From NCBI GenBank assembly GCA_017434295.1, contig JAFRFO010000086.1:1-41363 (forward strand): DNA of 41,363 nt, given 5' to 3'. Positions 15,991-24,811 of the stretch are shown here, in pieces (the first letter of the stretch is position 1; each line of letters begins with the position of its first letter). The DNA is from Clostridia bacterium (GTDB lineage Bacteria > Bacillota > Clostridia > TANB77 > CAG-508). Made by a program: the position numbers and the translations under genes. Below the pieces are notes generated by a model. The model ran no database searches. It saw only the letters and a program-made list of their open reading frames with translations, and was not told the DNA's origin.

Positions 15991-17231
15991 TTTTCTATCT
16001 CCCTCGTAAAAATTACTTTTAGTTTTAAATTAGTATAAACAGTATATATTAGAAATTGCAATGACATTATTGCTAAATATGCCCATATAGCTCCATCTAT
16101 ATTCCATGTTTTAGTTAATATATCAGAAATAATTAAGGCAAATATTGATATTATTACATAAATAATAAATTGTGAAAATGTTTCTCTAACAGTTGTTAAG
16201 ACTGAAGAATATATTATACCGATTGTATATAATGTTGATGATATTATAATGATTAATAATCCTATTTTATACATGCTTAAGTCAATTCCATATATTAGTC
16301 CTAATAACTGTGTGCCTATAAAATAGGCTAAAATTGATGATATAATTCCTATACAAGCTATTGCTAATATCAATTTCATTATAATCTTTTTCAGTTGTTT
16401 TAGATTTCTTTCTTCATATACTTTTAATATCTGATTTAAAAATGGATGTATCAAAAATTGAGCAACTAATCCTATAACTGTTGCTGGCATTACAATTATT
16501 CAGAATATGGTTTGTATATCATTTCCTAAATATGTATCTATAGAATATTTAGGAGCATTTAATATGTATAATCCTAAAAATGCTATGGCAAATGTAGTAA
16601 AGCCAAATCTAAATATTTTTAAGACATTTTTCCAGTTTACCTTTTTAGAATAATCAATATGTGTTTTAGATTTTTTTAAGTCAAATAGTATAATAATTAT
16701 TATCCAAATAATTATAGCAGATATTATTGATAAAATAACATTTTTAGATATAATATCAACTACTATAAATGCACAAATAGACACTATTGATTTTATAAAC
16801 AATGATTTACCAACTATCTCTAATTTTTCATTCTTTTGTAAAATACCATATATTACTTCACTAAATGCTTCTAAGGATTTATAAAATGTTAATAATAAGA
16901 AGATAATTGTTTTATAAGCATCATATTTTCTTATTAAGCAAAATGCTAGTACTAAAATATTCATTAATGCAACAGTTATTATCCTATTAATTATGTATTC
17001 TTTATTTGTTATAGATTTATCTGGTTCGGTTACTTGATAAATCCTTCCGGCATATATACCTATAACATATATTATACATGCTGTTGCATAACCTATTGTA
17101 AATACTCCAGCATTTTCTATTCCATTTATTCTAGTAACTGCTATCATAAAAAATAAAGAATTAAATGCATTTATCCCTGTTCCTAATATATTCCAAATAA
17201 AATTCTTTTTAAATTGTATATCTTTATTCAT
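15987..17231 (-). pseudogene. Wzx-type (MOP superfamily) polysaccharide / lipid-linked sugar flippase interrupted by one in-frame TGA
   Basis: ORFs 16500..17231 (243 aa) and 15987..16490 (167 aa) are in the same frame. The junction reads ..GNDIQTIF-TGA-IIVMPATVIGLVAQF.. with the TGA at 16500-16502. The combined 414 codons carry about 12 TM helices, the normal size and shape for this family. Confidence 0.75.
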
Positions 17232-17302
17232 TATTTTTCCTCATACCTATTTTATATAATTATATATTACTTATTATTTATCCTCATACTTTATATATTT
17301 AT

Positions 17303-18091
17303 TTATACATTATTTGTCTTTACAGCACTCTTATAAAACTTCATTAAGAATTTAGCAATTGGTGTTGGCCAAAATTTTTTAAACATTGTAAAATCTTCTT
17401 CCAGTCTAACATTATTTTGAATTAAATTTGATGTTTCTGAATCTTCATGTATTCTATGCAACATTATCTCTTTATTAATATATAGAAATGCATAATTCTT
17501 TTGTGCAAAATCATACCAAGTATCCCAATCCAAATCACATTTCAAGTCTATTTTATATGGTTTTTTTCCTGTAATGTGAGTATTAATTGTTACACATGGA
17601 CAGCATATTGCTGAACCAAATTTTAATGCAAACATTTTAGCTTTTTTACTATTTCCATCTTTTTTTAGTTTTGATAATAAAAATTTTTTTATTTTTAAGT
17701 TTTTAGTTAGTGGTACTATTTCTCCATTTTTAATCTCTCTATAATCTCCAAATGCAATAATAAAATCTTTATTTTTGTTTATTTCATTTACTATTTCTTC
17801 TAAATAATTAGTATTGTATATATCATCTTGATGTGCAACAGTAACATATTTAGTTTTAGCTTTGCTAACACCAAAATTCCAATCTTGTCCTATTCCACTT
17901 TCTCCTTCATTAATAAATAGTTCTAAATTATGTTTTTTAGCAATTTCTTTTATAAAAGTATTTGGCGTAGATGTAGCAATTATTATATTGCTTTTTACAC
18001 TTTGGTTCTCTAAAGATTTTATACATTCTTCTAAATATTTAGATTCTTTATAGGCACAAACAACAAATGTATGATTATTAAATTCTGGCAT
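17303..18091 (-). CDS. Family 2 glycosyltransferase
   Basis: 262 aa. HTFVVCAYKESKYLEECIKSLENQ start and AHQDD (DxD-like) motif. Confidence 0.8.
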   Translation of the reverse strand: MPEFNNHTFVVCAYKESKYLEECIKSLENQSVKSNIIIATSTPNTFIKEIAKKHNLELFINEGESGIGQDWNFGVSKAKTKYVTVAHQDDIYNTNYLEEIVNEINKNKDFIIAFGDYREIKNGEIVPLTKNLKIKKFLLSKLKKDGNSKKAKMFALKFGSAICCPCVTINTHITGKKPYKIDLKCDLDWDTWYDFAQKNYAFLYINKEIMLHRIHEDSETSNLIQNNVRLEEDFTMFKKFWPTPIAKFLMKFYKSAVKTNNV

Positions 18092-18093
18092 AT

Positions 18094-18462
18094 TTATTCC
18101 TTCCTTTTTTCTTTTTCACTTTTTTCTTTTTCACTTTTTTCAATTTTTTCTTTTAATATCCCTAATTCTTGTGTTAATTTAACAATCATTTTGTTTTGTT
18201 TTGTTAAAACTGTTGATATATGAATAATATATGCGCCTAATATTATTATTGCAAACAAAAACATTAATGCAGGTGGATAATATACATTAAATTTATTAGC
18301 AAATATTGTAATAATATCAGGGAAAACAGATACTACAAGTATCACAAAACTAGCAAACAACCATAAAATTGAATATTTTTCATCTAATTTATTTTTCTTT
18401 ACTAGGTTTATTATAAATAATATTAAAATTATAGAAAAAATTATTGCAAATTTATATATCAT
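18094..18462 (-). CDS. Small three-TM membrane protein, DUF2304 / GacJ-like
   Basis: 122 aa. Three hydrophobic helices then a charged coiled tail (..KEKIEKSEKEKSEKEKRKE). Size, topology and position directly after a polyprenyl-phosphate GT2 domain match the DUF2304 family as I recall it. Confidence 0.55.
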   Translation of the reverse strand: MIYKFAIIFSIILILFIINLVKKNKLDEKYSILWLFASFVILVVSVFPDIITIFANKFNVYYPPALMFLFAIIILGAYIIHISTVLTKQNKMIVKLTQELGILKEKIEKSEKEKSEKEKRKE

Positions 18463-18472
18463 TTCTTTCCTC

Positions 18473-20599
18473 CTATTTTTTTAACCCCATTAATAATATT
18501 GATAGTGTTACTTTAAACATATAACTAATTGATTTTAATGGAGATATAGATGATACCCCTGTTTCTCTTTGTTTCATTTCAACTGGTATTTCCTTAACAG
18601 TATAACCTTTTTTTACTATACTCATATTTGTACATGGTTCAGGATAATCGTATGGATATTCTTCAACAAATTCTTCAATAATGTTTTTATTTACTGCTCT
18701 ATATCCAGAAGTAGTATCATATATTTTAACTTTTGTCATTTTTTTAATTATATATGAAATAAGATTTATTCCTAACATTCTAAATACAGTTTGATCATAG
18801 CTTGTTTTTTTAACAAATCTTGAACCAATAACCATATCATTTCCTTGGTTTATTTCATCTATTAAATCCTTTAAATATCTAGGATCATGTTGACCATCAC
18901 CATCTATTTGTATAGCTATGTCGTAATTGTTATTTTTTGCATACCTATATCCTGTTTGTACTGCTCCTCCTATTCCCAAATTATTAGGAGCGTCTAAAAC
19001 TATCGCTTTTGTTTTTAATGCATTTTTTAAAGTATTATCTTTAGAACCATCATTAATAACTATAACATCACATTTTTCTATTTTTTGTTCATACACACTA
19101 TTTACAACCTTTTCTATTGCTGCTTCTTCATTATAAGCTGGAATTATTACTAGTGTTTTTGGATTTTCTTTATTTAATTCATTATTTTTTTTGCAATATT
19201 TTATATTTTTTTGTTTAATTAAGGTTTCAGCAAGTACTAATATAGTGAAATATTCTGTCATAAAGCATGGATAAAAATATCTTTGATCTTGTGATGATAT
19301 CAGAAAAATATATGTTCCTATATTTAATAACATAGGTAATAATAAGAATATATATCTATAATTTTTTGTTTTTATCCATACAATTAATACTGCTATCATG
19401 GAAATAATTATTGCAACTGCTGGTCTATATATAAGCTCATACATTCCATGATTTTCTAAAGTTCCTATTGAATAATCCCATAATCTTTCATGCATATCTT
19501 CAAGAATTGGATAATTATCATATACTCCATTTGTAGATTCAGACAAATAGCCATTACTCAATATTATACTATGCATTGGTGCTTTTTCTTCAATACTCCA
19601 CCAAATCGAATTTACATTAATAAAATGTTTTACAATTGTCATTGGATCTTTAGTTGCGTATTTCATAAATATATCGTTAAACTTTTTATTTCCTTCATCT
19701 GTTCCTAGAATTTGTTCATTATATTTTGAACTAAATAGTATTGGTGTACCATTATATGCATCATAATCTTTTTTCCAATCTTCTACACTATAAATAGTAT
19801 TTAAAAATTCCTTTTCTTCTTGTTCCAATTCAATATCTGTATTTAGTAATGCTCCCATACAGTAAACTTTTGTCGAGTCTAATACTCCCCCAACACTTGC
19901 CGTTTTTGTTTTGTCTCCCCATATCCACTTAGGTAAAGTCATTAGTATCAAGATTGTTATAAATGAAATAATTAGTGTCAAAGATTGTTTTAGTTTTTTA
20001 TTGTTTTTTAAATTTAATATAAATAATAATAAAAACATAAATAATCCAATAGGCATTCCATTATGTCTTAATTTCATTATAGCTGCTGCCGAAATGGAAA
20101 TCATTATCATTTCAAATGTAGAATATTTATACTTTTCTTTAATTCCTATATACACAAATACCAAAATAGCAAGTATGCTATATGAATACAAAATATCCTT
20201 CCATAATACAATTGAGTATATAAAATTTAAGGGTAAAATACATATAACAATAGTAAATAGTATTTGAAATACTTTATTTTTAGTTGTATCATTGTACTTT
20301 CTTACTTTTTTACAAGCATAAGTCCATATAAATGTGAAAGTAATTATTTGAAATAACTCTGGTACCCATATTCCGCCCAGTTTAGCTAAGTTTCCGATTA
20401 CAAATGAATGAAAAATAGGATGAGCATCTCTATATAAATTATCTTTAGCTTGTGAAATTTGATCTACAATATCACTTGTTAGTAATCCTGGAAAAAAAGA
20501 TAATAAAGCAACAATAAATACAACAGCTACTATTAGAAAAATAATAATATCTGTTTTTTCAATTTTAATTTTCTTTGTGTTAATGTTTTTCTTCTTCAT
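18473..20599 (-). CDS. Fusion protein: N-terminal polytopic membrane domain (DUF6020 / GT-C-like) plus C-terminal polyprenyl-phosphate glycosyltransferase (GT2, GtrB/GacI/DPM1-like)
   Basis: 708 aa. Residues about 1-465 hold about 10 TM helices, an SDIVDQISQ....YRDAHPIFHS first-loop motif and a soluble loop of about 170 aa (225-393). Residues 481-708 have LVIIPAYNEE, VINDGSKDNT, IQIDGDGQHDP and a YDTTSGYRA block typical of Und-P/Dol-P sugar synthases. Confidence 0.8.
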   Translation of the reverse strand: MKKKNINTKKIKIEKTDIIIFLIVAVVFIVALLSFFPGLLTSDIVDQISQAKDNLYRDAHPIFHSFVIGNLAKLGGIWVPELFQIITFTFIWTYACKKVRKYNDTTKNKVFQILFTIVICILPLNFIYSIVLWKDILYSYSILAILVFVYIGIKEKYKYSTFEMIMISISAAAIMKLRHNGMPIGLFMFLLLFILNLKNNKKLKQSLTLIISFITILILMTLPKWIWGDKTKTASVGGVLDSTKVYCMGALLNTDIELEQEEKEFLNTIYSVEDWKKDYDAYNGTPILFSSKYNEQILGTDEGNKKFNDIFMKYATKDPMTIVKHFINVNSIWWSIEEKAPMHSIILSNGYLSESTNGVYDNYPILEDMHERLWDYSIGTLENHGMYELIYRPAVAIIISMIAVLIVWIKTKNYRYIFLLLPMLLNIGTYIFLISSQDQRYFYPCFMTEYFTILVLAETLIKQKNIKYCKKNNELNKENPKTLVIIPAYNEEAAIEKVVNSVYEQKIEKCDVIVINDGSKDNTLKNALKTKAIVLDAPNNLGIGGAVQTGYRYAKNNNYDIAIQIDGDGQHDPRYLKDLIDEINQGNDMVIGSRFVKKTSYDQTVFRMLGINLISYIIKKMTKVKIYDTTSGYRAVNKNIIEEFVEEYPYDYPEPCTNMSIVKKGYTVKEIPVEMKQRETGVSSISPLKSISYMFKVTLSILLMGLKK

Positions 20600-20628
20600 T
20601 TTTACTTCCTTTCGTAATTATTTACGTT

Positions 20629-22431
20629 TTATTCAATGCTTAAGAATTTTTCAACACTTTCTTTTGCTTTTTTAGAATATTCTTTCTTCCATTCTTTATA
20701 TAATTCTAAAATCTTTTCTCTGTTTTCTAAATCATATTTTATTTTATTATATATTTCCATTATATCATCTTCTTTAGTAACAACTAAATATTTTTCTAAT
20801 TCAGTTCCTGTAAAATAATGATGATTATCTCCTGTTATACATACTGTTCCCAGTTCTAAACTTTCTAATGGAATTAGCGGTGCACATTCAGTAAATGTAA
20901 CATATACATTTATATCATTATTTGCAATTCTTTTATATATTTCTTCTTTTGGTACATTTGTTTCTTCGCCTGTTAAATTAACTTTATATCTTCTACATAA
21001 TGTTGAAATCTTACTATTAATTGGTATGCAATCTAATTTAACATCTTCAAATAAACTTATAGCACTTATTTGATTATAAGTATTTTTTACCCATCTATCT
21101 CCTGATGAGTATAATCCAATTTTAAGAACTTTATTATCTTTGTTTTTTGGAATGTATTGTTCTTTATTTTCTATAATTACATCATTCATTAAGAAACTTG
21201 AATTATAACCTTTTGCTTTATAAAACTCATATAAACTCTTCTTAACAAAACAAAGTTCATCAACTTGTCCCCTTTCATATAAGTTAAGCATTATATTATG
21301 AACTTCCCAATCATAGCATTCAGATAATAAAGCATTACCACCATGTATTATTAATTTTACAATAATATCTGGTTTTATTTCTTTTAAAGATGTTATAATA
21401 TTTTCCCATCCATTAGCAAAAGCATTAAAAACAACCATTTTTTTACCTGCGTTGACTATTTCTTTAGAAATCATATATGCTTCTTTTTTTGTATACTGTT
21501 CTCTAATTTCTAATATATTATCTCCAAAAGTATATTTAGTTGAATTTTTTACTCCTATCCATTCTGGATGGCATATTGCAACATATTTTTCACTTTGTTT
21601 AGAAAGAGCTTGCTTGATTTTATTTACTCTCTTATTTCTATTAACATAAATAGAATATTTTATTGCCCATTTATGCACAAAATTCTGTATATTCCATTTA
21701 ATAGAGTTTTTAATATTTCCTATTTTATCAATTGATTTATTAATAAACTTTCCAAGCTTTGGTCCACATTTTCTATATATTCCAATTGTTCTTTTTTCTC
21801 CCTTACTTGTCCATGTTCCTTTAAACAAATGTACCATTCTTGTATTTTTAGTATATAATTTTTCAGAATAATCATAGCTAATTGGATAAAAATATTCTCT
21901 AGGATATATATATATATTTCCATCAAATAGTTTTACTCCATTTTCTAATGTTTTACATTCATATTTTTTTATGATATTTGTTATAATTATTGGATTGGTA
22001 TAATTGTAGATACTTTGTATATAAAAATGTTCTAGTTTATCATAATAATCTAATATCTCTTTTATATATTTATTATGTTTTTCCTTAACGCCTATTACTG
22101 CTGTTCCAAAATAGCCACTATCTTCATACCCCATAAACATATTTTTTTCTCTAATATCATCTATATCTTTAAGAATTTTTACATCTGTATCTAAATATAT
22201 ACCTCCTTCATTATATAAAGCATAAATTCTTGCATAATCACTTACAAAAGCCCATTTTTTATTTTCATAAGCTTCCTTTACGAAATTACATGAATTTATA
22301 TCGAAATTTTTTTCATTCCATTGAATTATTTCATAATCCGGTAATATTTTTTTCCATGTTTTTATACATTTTTTTACACTTGTTGGTAAAGGTTTTCCAC
22401 CAAACCAACAATAATGAATTTTCTTTTCCAT
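20629..22431 (-). CDS. Two-domain glycosyltransferase: N-terminal DXD sugar-binding (Gly_transf_sug / GT32-like) plus C-terminal GT-B (GT4-like) domain
   Basis: 600 aa. KIHYCWFGGKPLP...CIKTWKKILPDYEIIQWNEKNFD....GGIYLDTDV at the N-terminus. The C-terminal half ends in FTECAPLIPLESLELGTVCITG, which resembles the GT4 E-x7-E region. Confidence 0.7.
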   Translation of the reverse strand: MEKKIHYCWFGGKPLPTSVKKCIKTWKKILPDYEIIQWNEKNFDINSCNFVKEAYENKKWAFVSDYARIYALYNEGGIYLDTDVKILKDIDDIREKNMFMGYEDSGYFGTAVIGVKEKHNKYIKEILDYYDKLEHFYIQSIYNYTNPIIITNIIKKYECKTLENGVKLFDGNIYIYPREYFYPISYDYSEKLYTKNTRMVHLFKGTWTSKGEKRTIGIYRKCGPKLGKFINKSIDKIGNIKNSIKWNIQNFVHKWAIKYSIYVNRNKRVNKIKQALSKQSEKYVAICHPEWIGVKNSTKYTFGDNILEIREQYTKKEAYMISKEIVNAGKKMVVFNAFANGWENIITSLKEIKPDIIVKLIIHGGNALLSECYDWEVHNIMLNLYERGQVDELCFVKKSLYEFYKAKGYNSSFLMNDVIIENKEQYIPKNKDNKVLKIGLYSSGDRWVKNTYNQISAISLFEDVKLDCIPINSKISTLCRRYKVNLTGEETNVPKEEIYKRIANNDINVYVTFTECAPLIPLESLELGTVCITGDNHHYFTGTELEKYLVVTKEDDIMEIYNKIKYDLENREKILELYKEWKKEYSKKAKESVEKFLSIE

Positions 22432-22432
22432 A

Positions 22433-23818
22433 CTATCTCTCCATATTTTTATTTTTAGACTTTATTTTTTTTAGCTTTTGAATTATTCTATAACTTCTAG
22501 AATATTTAATACTTTCTAATTCTTTATAAATTATTTCATACTCTTTTTTTACATATTCAAGTTCTTTACTATAATTATTAATTTCTTCTTGTTTTATAAC
22601 TGTTTCATTTTTGTATTTATCTAACAATTTTTGCATATCATTAATTTTAGCACTTAATAAATCATTCTTTTTTTCTAATAGTGAAATTCCATAATTATTT
22701 TCAATCTTCTTATCTTTAGATTTTATATTATTTATAAAATCAATTAATTTTTCATTTGTTTTATCAATTGTTCCATTTACTAGTTTATTAAATGTTTTTC
22801 TTTCTTCTCTGTAATAGCTTGTCTCATTAAATAGTTTATCTACTTCATATACAAAACTATTAATATCATGTACTTTTGGTCCCGCCATCCACCAAAAATC
22901 TAGAGAATCAAAAATAATACCTCTGTTTTTTTCATATTCTGTTTTATCAGTATCTAAGAAAAGTACTGGTCTTTCCAAATTAATATAATCTATATATATT
23001 GAAGAATAATCAGAAATTAATAAGTCAACTCCATCCAATAATTCATTTATTGTAATGAAACTATCTAGCATTATTTCATCACTTAGTTTTATTATATTAT
23101 TTGAATCTATTACTTTTAAATTACTTTCTTCAACAGGATGTAATTTTAATAATAATAATATATTATTTTTTTCTAAATAATCATTTAAAACACTTTCATC
23201 ATATTCGTTTAAATTTAATATATTATTTTCATTAAATTTTGAATCTTCTCTTCCAATACCTTTTTTAAATGTGGGAGCATACATTAATATTTTATTATAT
23301 TTTTTTACATCAATATTAAGTAATTTTTGTAAATTTTCTTTTCCTTTATTTTCAAATAACCATTTATATCTTGGCTGAGAAAATTGTTTTACATATTCGA
23401 TTGGTTTATTAAAAATAGCAGGAAATATAACTCTACCTAATTCCCCATTAGCTATTAAGTAATCATTCTTCATTGAAAACTTATATATCCAGTCAAGCTC
23501 TATATCAGCCAAAGTTCCTATTTTTTTAGGTCCTAATCCATGCCATAAATTTATGAATACTTGATAATCCTTTTTTATATCCATATAATAATCATGAGTA
23601 TTAATTATTATTTTTGTTTTATTAAATTCTTCAATAAATCCCTCATCTTTATCACAAATAGCATTAATACCAATATTATTTAATTTTTCGGCATTTTTTT
23701 TATCTTTGCAAAACCATATTAATTCATAGTTACTGTTGTTTTTAACCATATCTTCAAATAAAGCCTTGCTATTTCCTGAAAAATCAGGGTAACTTGCAAA
23801 TCCAATTCTTTCCTTCAT
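22433..23818 (-). CDS. CDP-glycerol glycerophosphotransferase family protein (TagB/TagF-like) with a C-terminal coiled-coil extension
   Basis: 461 aa. INLWHG, ILMYAPTFKK, LLLKLHP and LISDYSSIYIDYINLERPVLFLDTD blocks. The last 90 aa or so are heptad-like and Lys/Glu-rich. Confidence 0.85.
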   Translation of the reverse strand: MKERIGFASYPDFSGNSKALFEDMVKNNSNYELIWFCKDKKNAEKLNNIGINAICDKDEGFIEEFNKTKIIINTHDYYMDIKKDYQVFINLWHGLGPKKIGTLADIELDWIYKFSMKNDYLIANGELGRVIFPAIFNKPIEYVKQFSQPRYKWLFENKGKENLQKLLNIDVKKYNKILMYAPTFKKGIGREDSKFNENNILNLNEYDESVLNDYLEKNNILLLLKLHPVEESNLKVIDSNNIIKLSDEIMLDSFITINELLDGVDLLISDYSSIYIDYINLERPVLFLDTDKTEYEKNRGIIFDSLDFWWMAGPKVHDINSFVYEVDKLFNETSYYREERKTFNKLVNGTIDKTNEKLIDFINNIKSKDKKIENNYGISLLEKKNDLLSAKINDMQKLLDKYKNETVIKQEEINNYSKELEYVKKEYEIIYKELESIKYSRSYRIIQKLKKIKSKNKNMER

Positions 23819-23868
23819 AATATTCCTCTTAGTAATAATTACCTTTAATATATATCATAATTCTACAT

Positions 23869-23898
23869 ATTTTACAAGTAAACATAGCATATTTTCAA
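23869..23898 (-). promoter_or_regulatory. Candidate sigmaA promoter upstream of the TagF-like gene
   Basis: TTGAAA (23898-23893), 18 nt, TAAAAT (23874-23869), about 50 nt upstream of the ATG at 23818, inside the only sizeable intergenic gap of the glycosyltransferase block. Chance matches are common in AT-rich DNA. Confidence 0.3.
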
Positions 23899-23986
23899 TT
23901 ATTTTTTACGAAAAATCTTTTATTAAAAAAACAAACTTTATATAAAATAGCATCATTATTATTAAAAAAATATATAAAATTATATG

Positions 23987-24805
23987 CTAAGTAAAAAATT
24001 TTCTAATTTTAGTTAAATACCAAAAATAAAGTAAATGTTTTAATGCGTACTTTTTTTTATTAAACAAAACACCTTTCATTCCATGTTTAAATATCTCTTT
24101 AAAATATTCATAATAGCCATATGGATACTTTTTAAACTGTTCTATAATATTATTTGTATATCCATCTTTTTGATATTCGCAAATCATTATAGGTTTATTT
24201 TCGCAAATTATTTTATATTTTAGATCCATTTCATGATGTAATCTTGCTTCTGTCACAAATTTTTCATCTTTTTCTAATTTGTATTTATATTTTTTTCTAA
24301 CATCTGTTAAATATACAAGTGCCTTTTCTCCTGTTTCGCCTTCTTTAAAATACAAATCAAACATTGTAGTTTTTTCATTCTTAAATTCATTTCCCATATT
24401 ATTTCCATTTGTATCATATTTTAAAAAGCAAAAAGCATAAATTCCATCTAGATTATGTTTATTTTTCTCATAAACATTTTCTATTATTTTAAATGCATCT
24501 TTTGTAAAGAAATCATCTGAATCACATTCAATTATTAAATCTCCAGTTGCTAATTTTACTAAATTATTAATTGCTGTCATTTTTCCACTATTTTCTTCAT
24601 AATAATAATTAATATCTAAATTATTTACTTTATCAAATTTTTTCACTATTTCTTCCGTATCATCAGTTGAGCCATCATCCATAATTAACCATTCAATTTT
24701 AATACCATAATTTGAGTTTTCTATTAAACTATTGTATAAATTTTTTAAAAGATTAGCTCTATTATATGTTGGTGTCAATACAGATATTTTCATATTTATA
24801 ACCAT
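23987..24805 (-). CDS. Family 2 glycosyltransferase
   Basis: 272 aa. ISVLTPTYNRANLL...LIMDDGSTDDT and ECDSDD (DxD) motifs. Confidence 0.8.
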   Translation of the reverse strand: MVINMKISVLTPTYNRANLLKNLYNSLIENSNYGIKIEWLIMDDGSTDDTEEIVKKFDKVNNLDINYYYEENSGKMTAINNLVKLATGDLIIECDSDDFFTKDAFKIIENVYEKNKHNLDGIYAFCFLKYDTNGNNMGNEFKNEKTTMFDLYFKEGETGEKALVYLTDVRKKYKYKLEKDEKFVTEARLHHEMDLKYKIICENKPIMICEYQKDGYTNNIIEQFKKYPYGYYEYFKEIFKHGMKGVLFNKKKYALKHLLYFWYLTKIRKFFT

Positions 24806-24811
24806 TCTTTC

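Noticed and set aside
16500-16502. In-frame TGA (and the TAA at 30438-30440) as evidence for a reassigned genetic code
   Set aside because: TGA and TAA end other genes in the window at family-typical lengths (for example TGA ends the M19 dipeptidase at 1283-1285 and TAA ends gpr at 183-185). A spore-forming Clostridia-like organism is expected to use the standard bacterial code.
16460-16502. Selenocysteine insertion at the flippase TGA
   Set aside because: Only a weak 6-bp stem (AGCAAC/GTTGCT) lies downstream, not a SECIS-like element. A polytopic flippase has no redox context for selenocysteine.
18110-18139. Perfect 15-nt x2 tandem repeat (CTTTTTCACTTTTTT on the plus strand)
   Set aside because: It encodes the (EKSEK)2 low-complexity tail of the DUF2304-like protein. 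It is probably trivial slippage in a charged linker and has no independent feature status.
21720-21926. 68-aa minus-strand ORF nested in the 600-aa glycosyltransferase gene
   Set aside because: It is in a different frame and lies entirely inside a gene with continuous family similarity, so it is treated as spurious.
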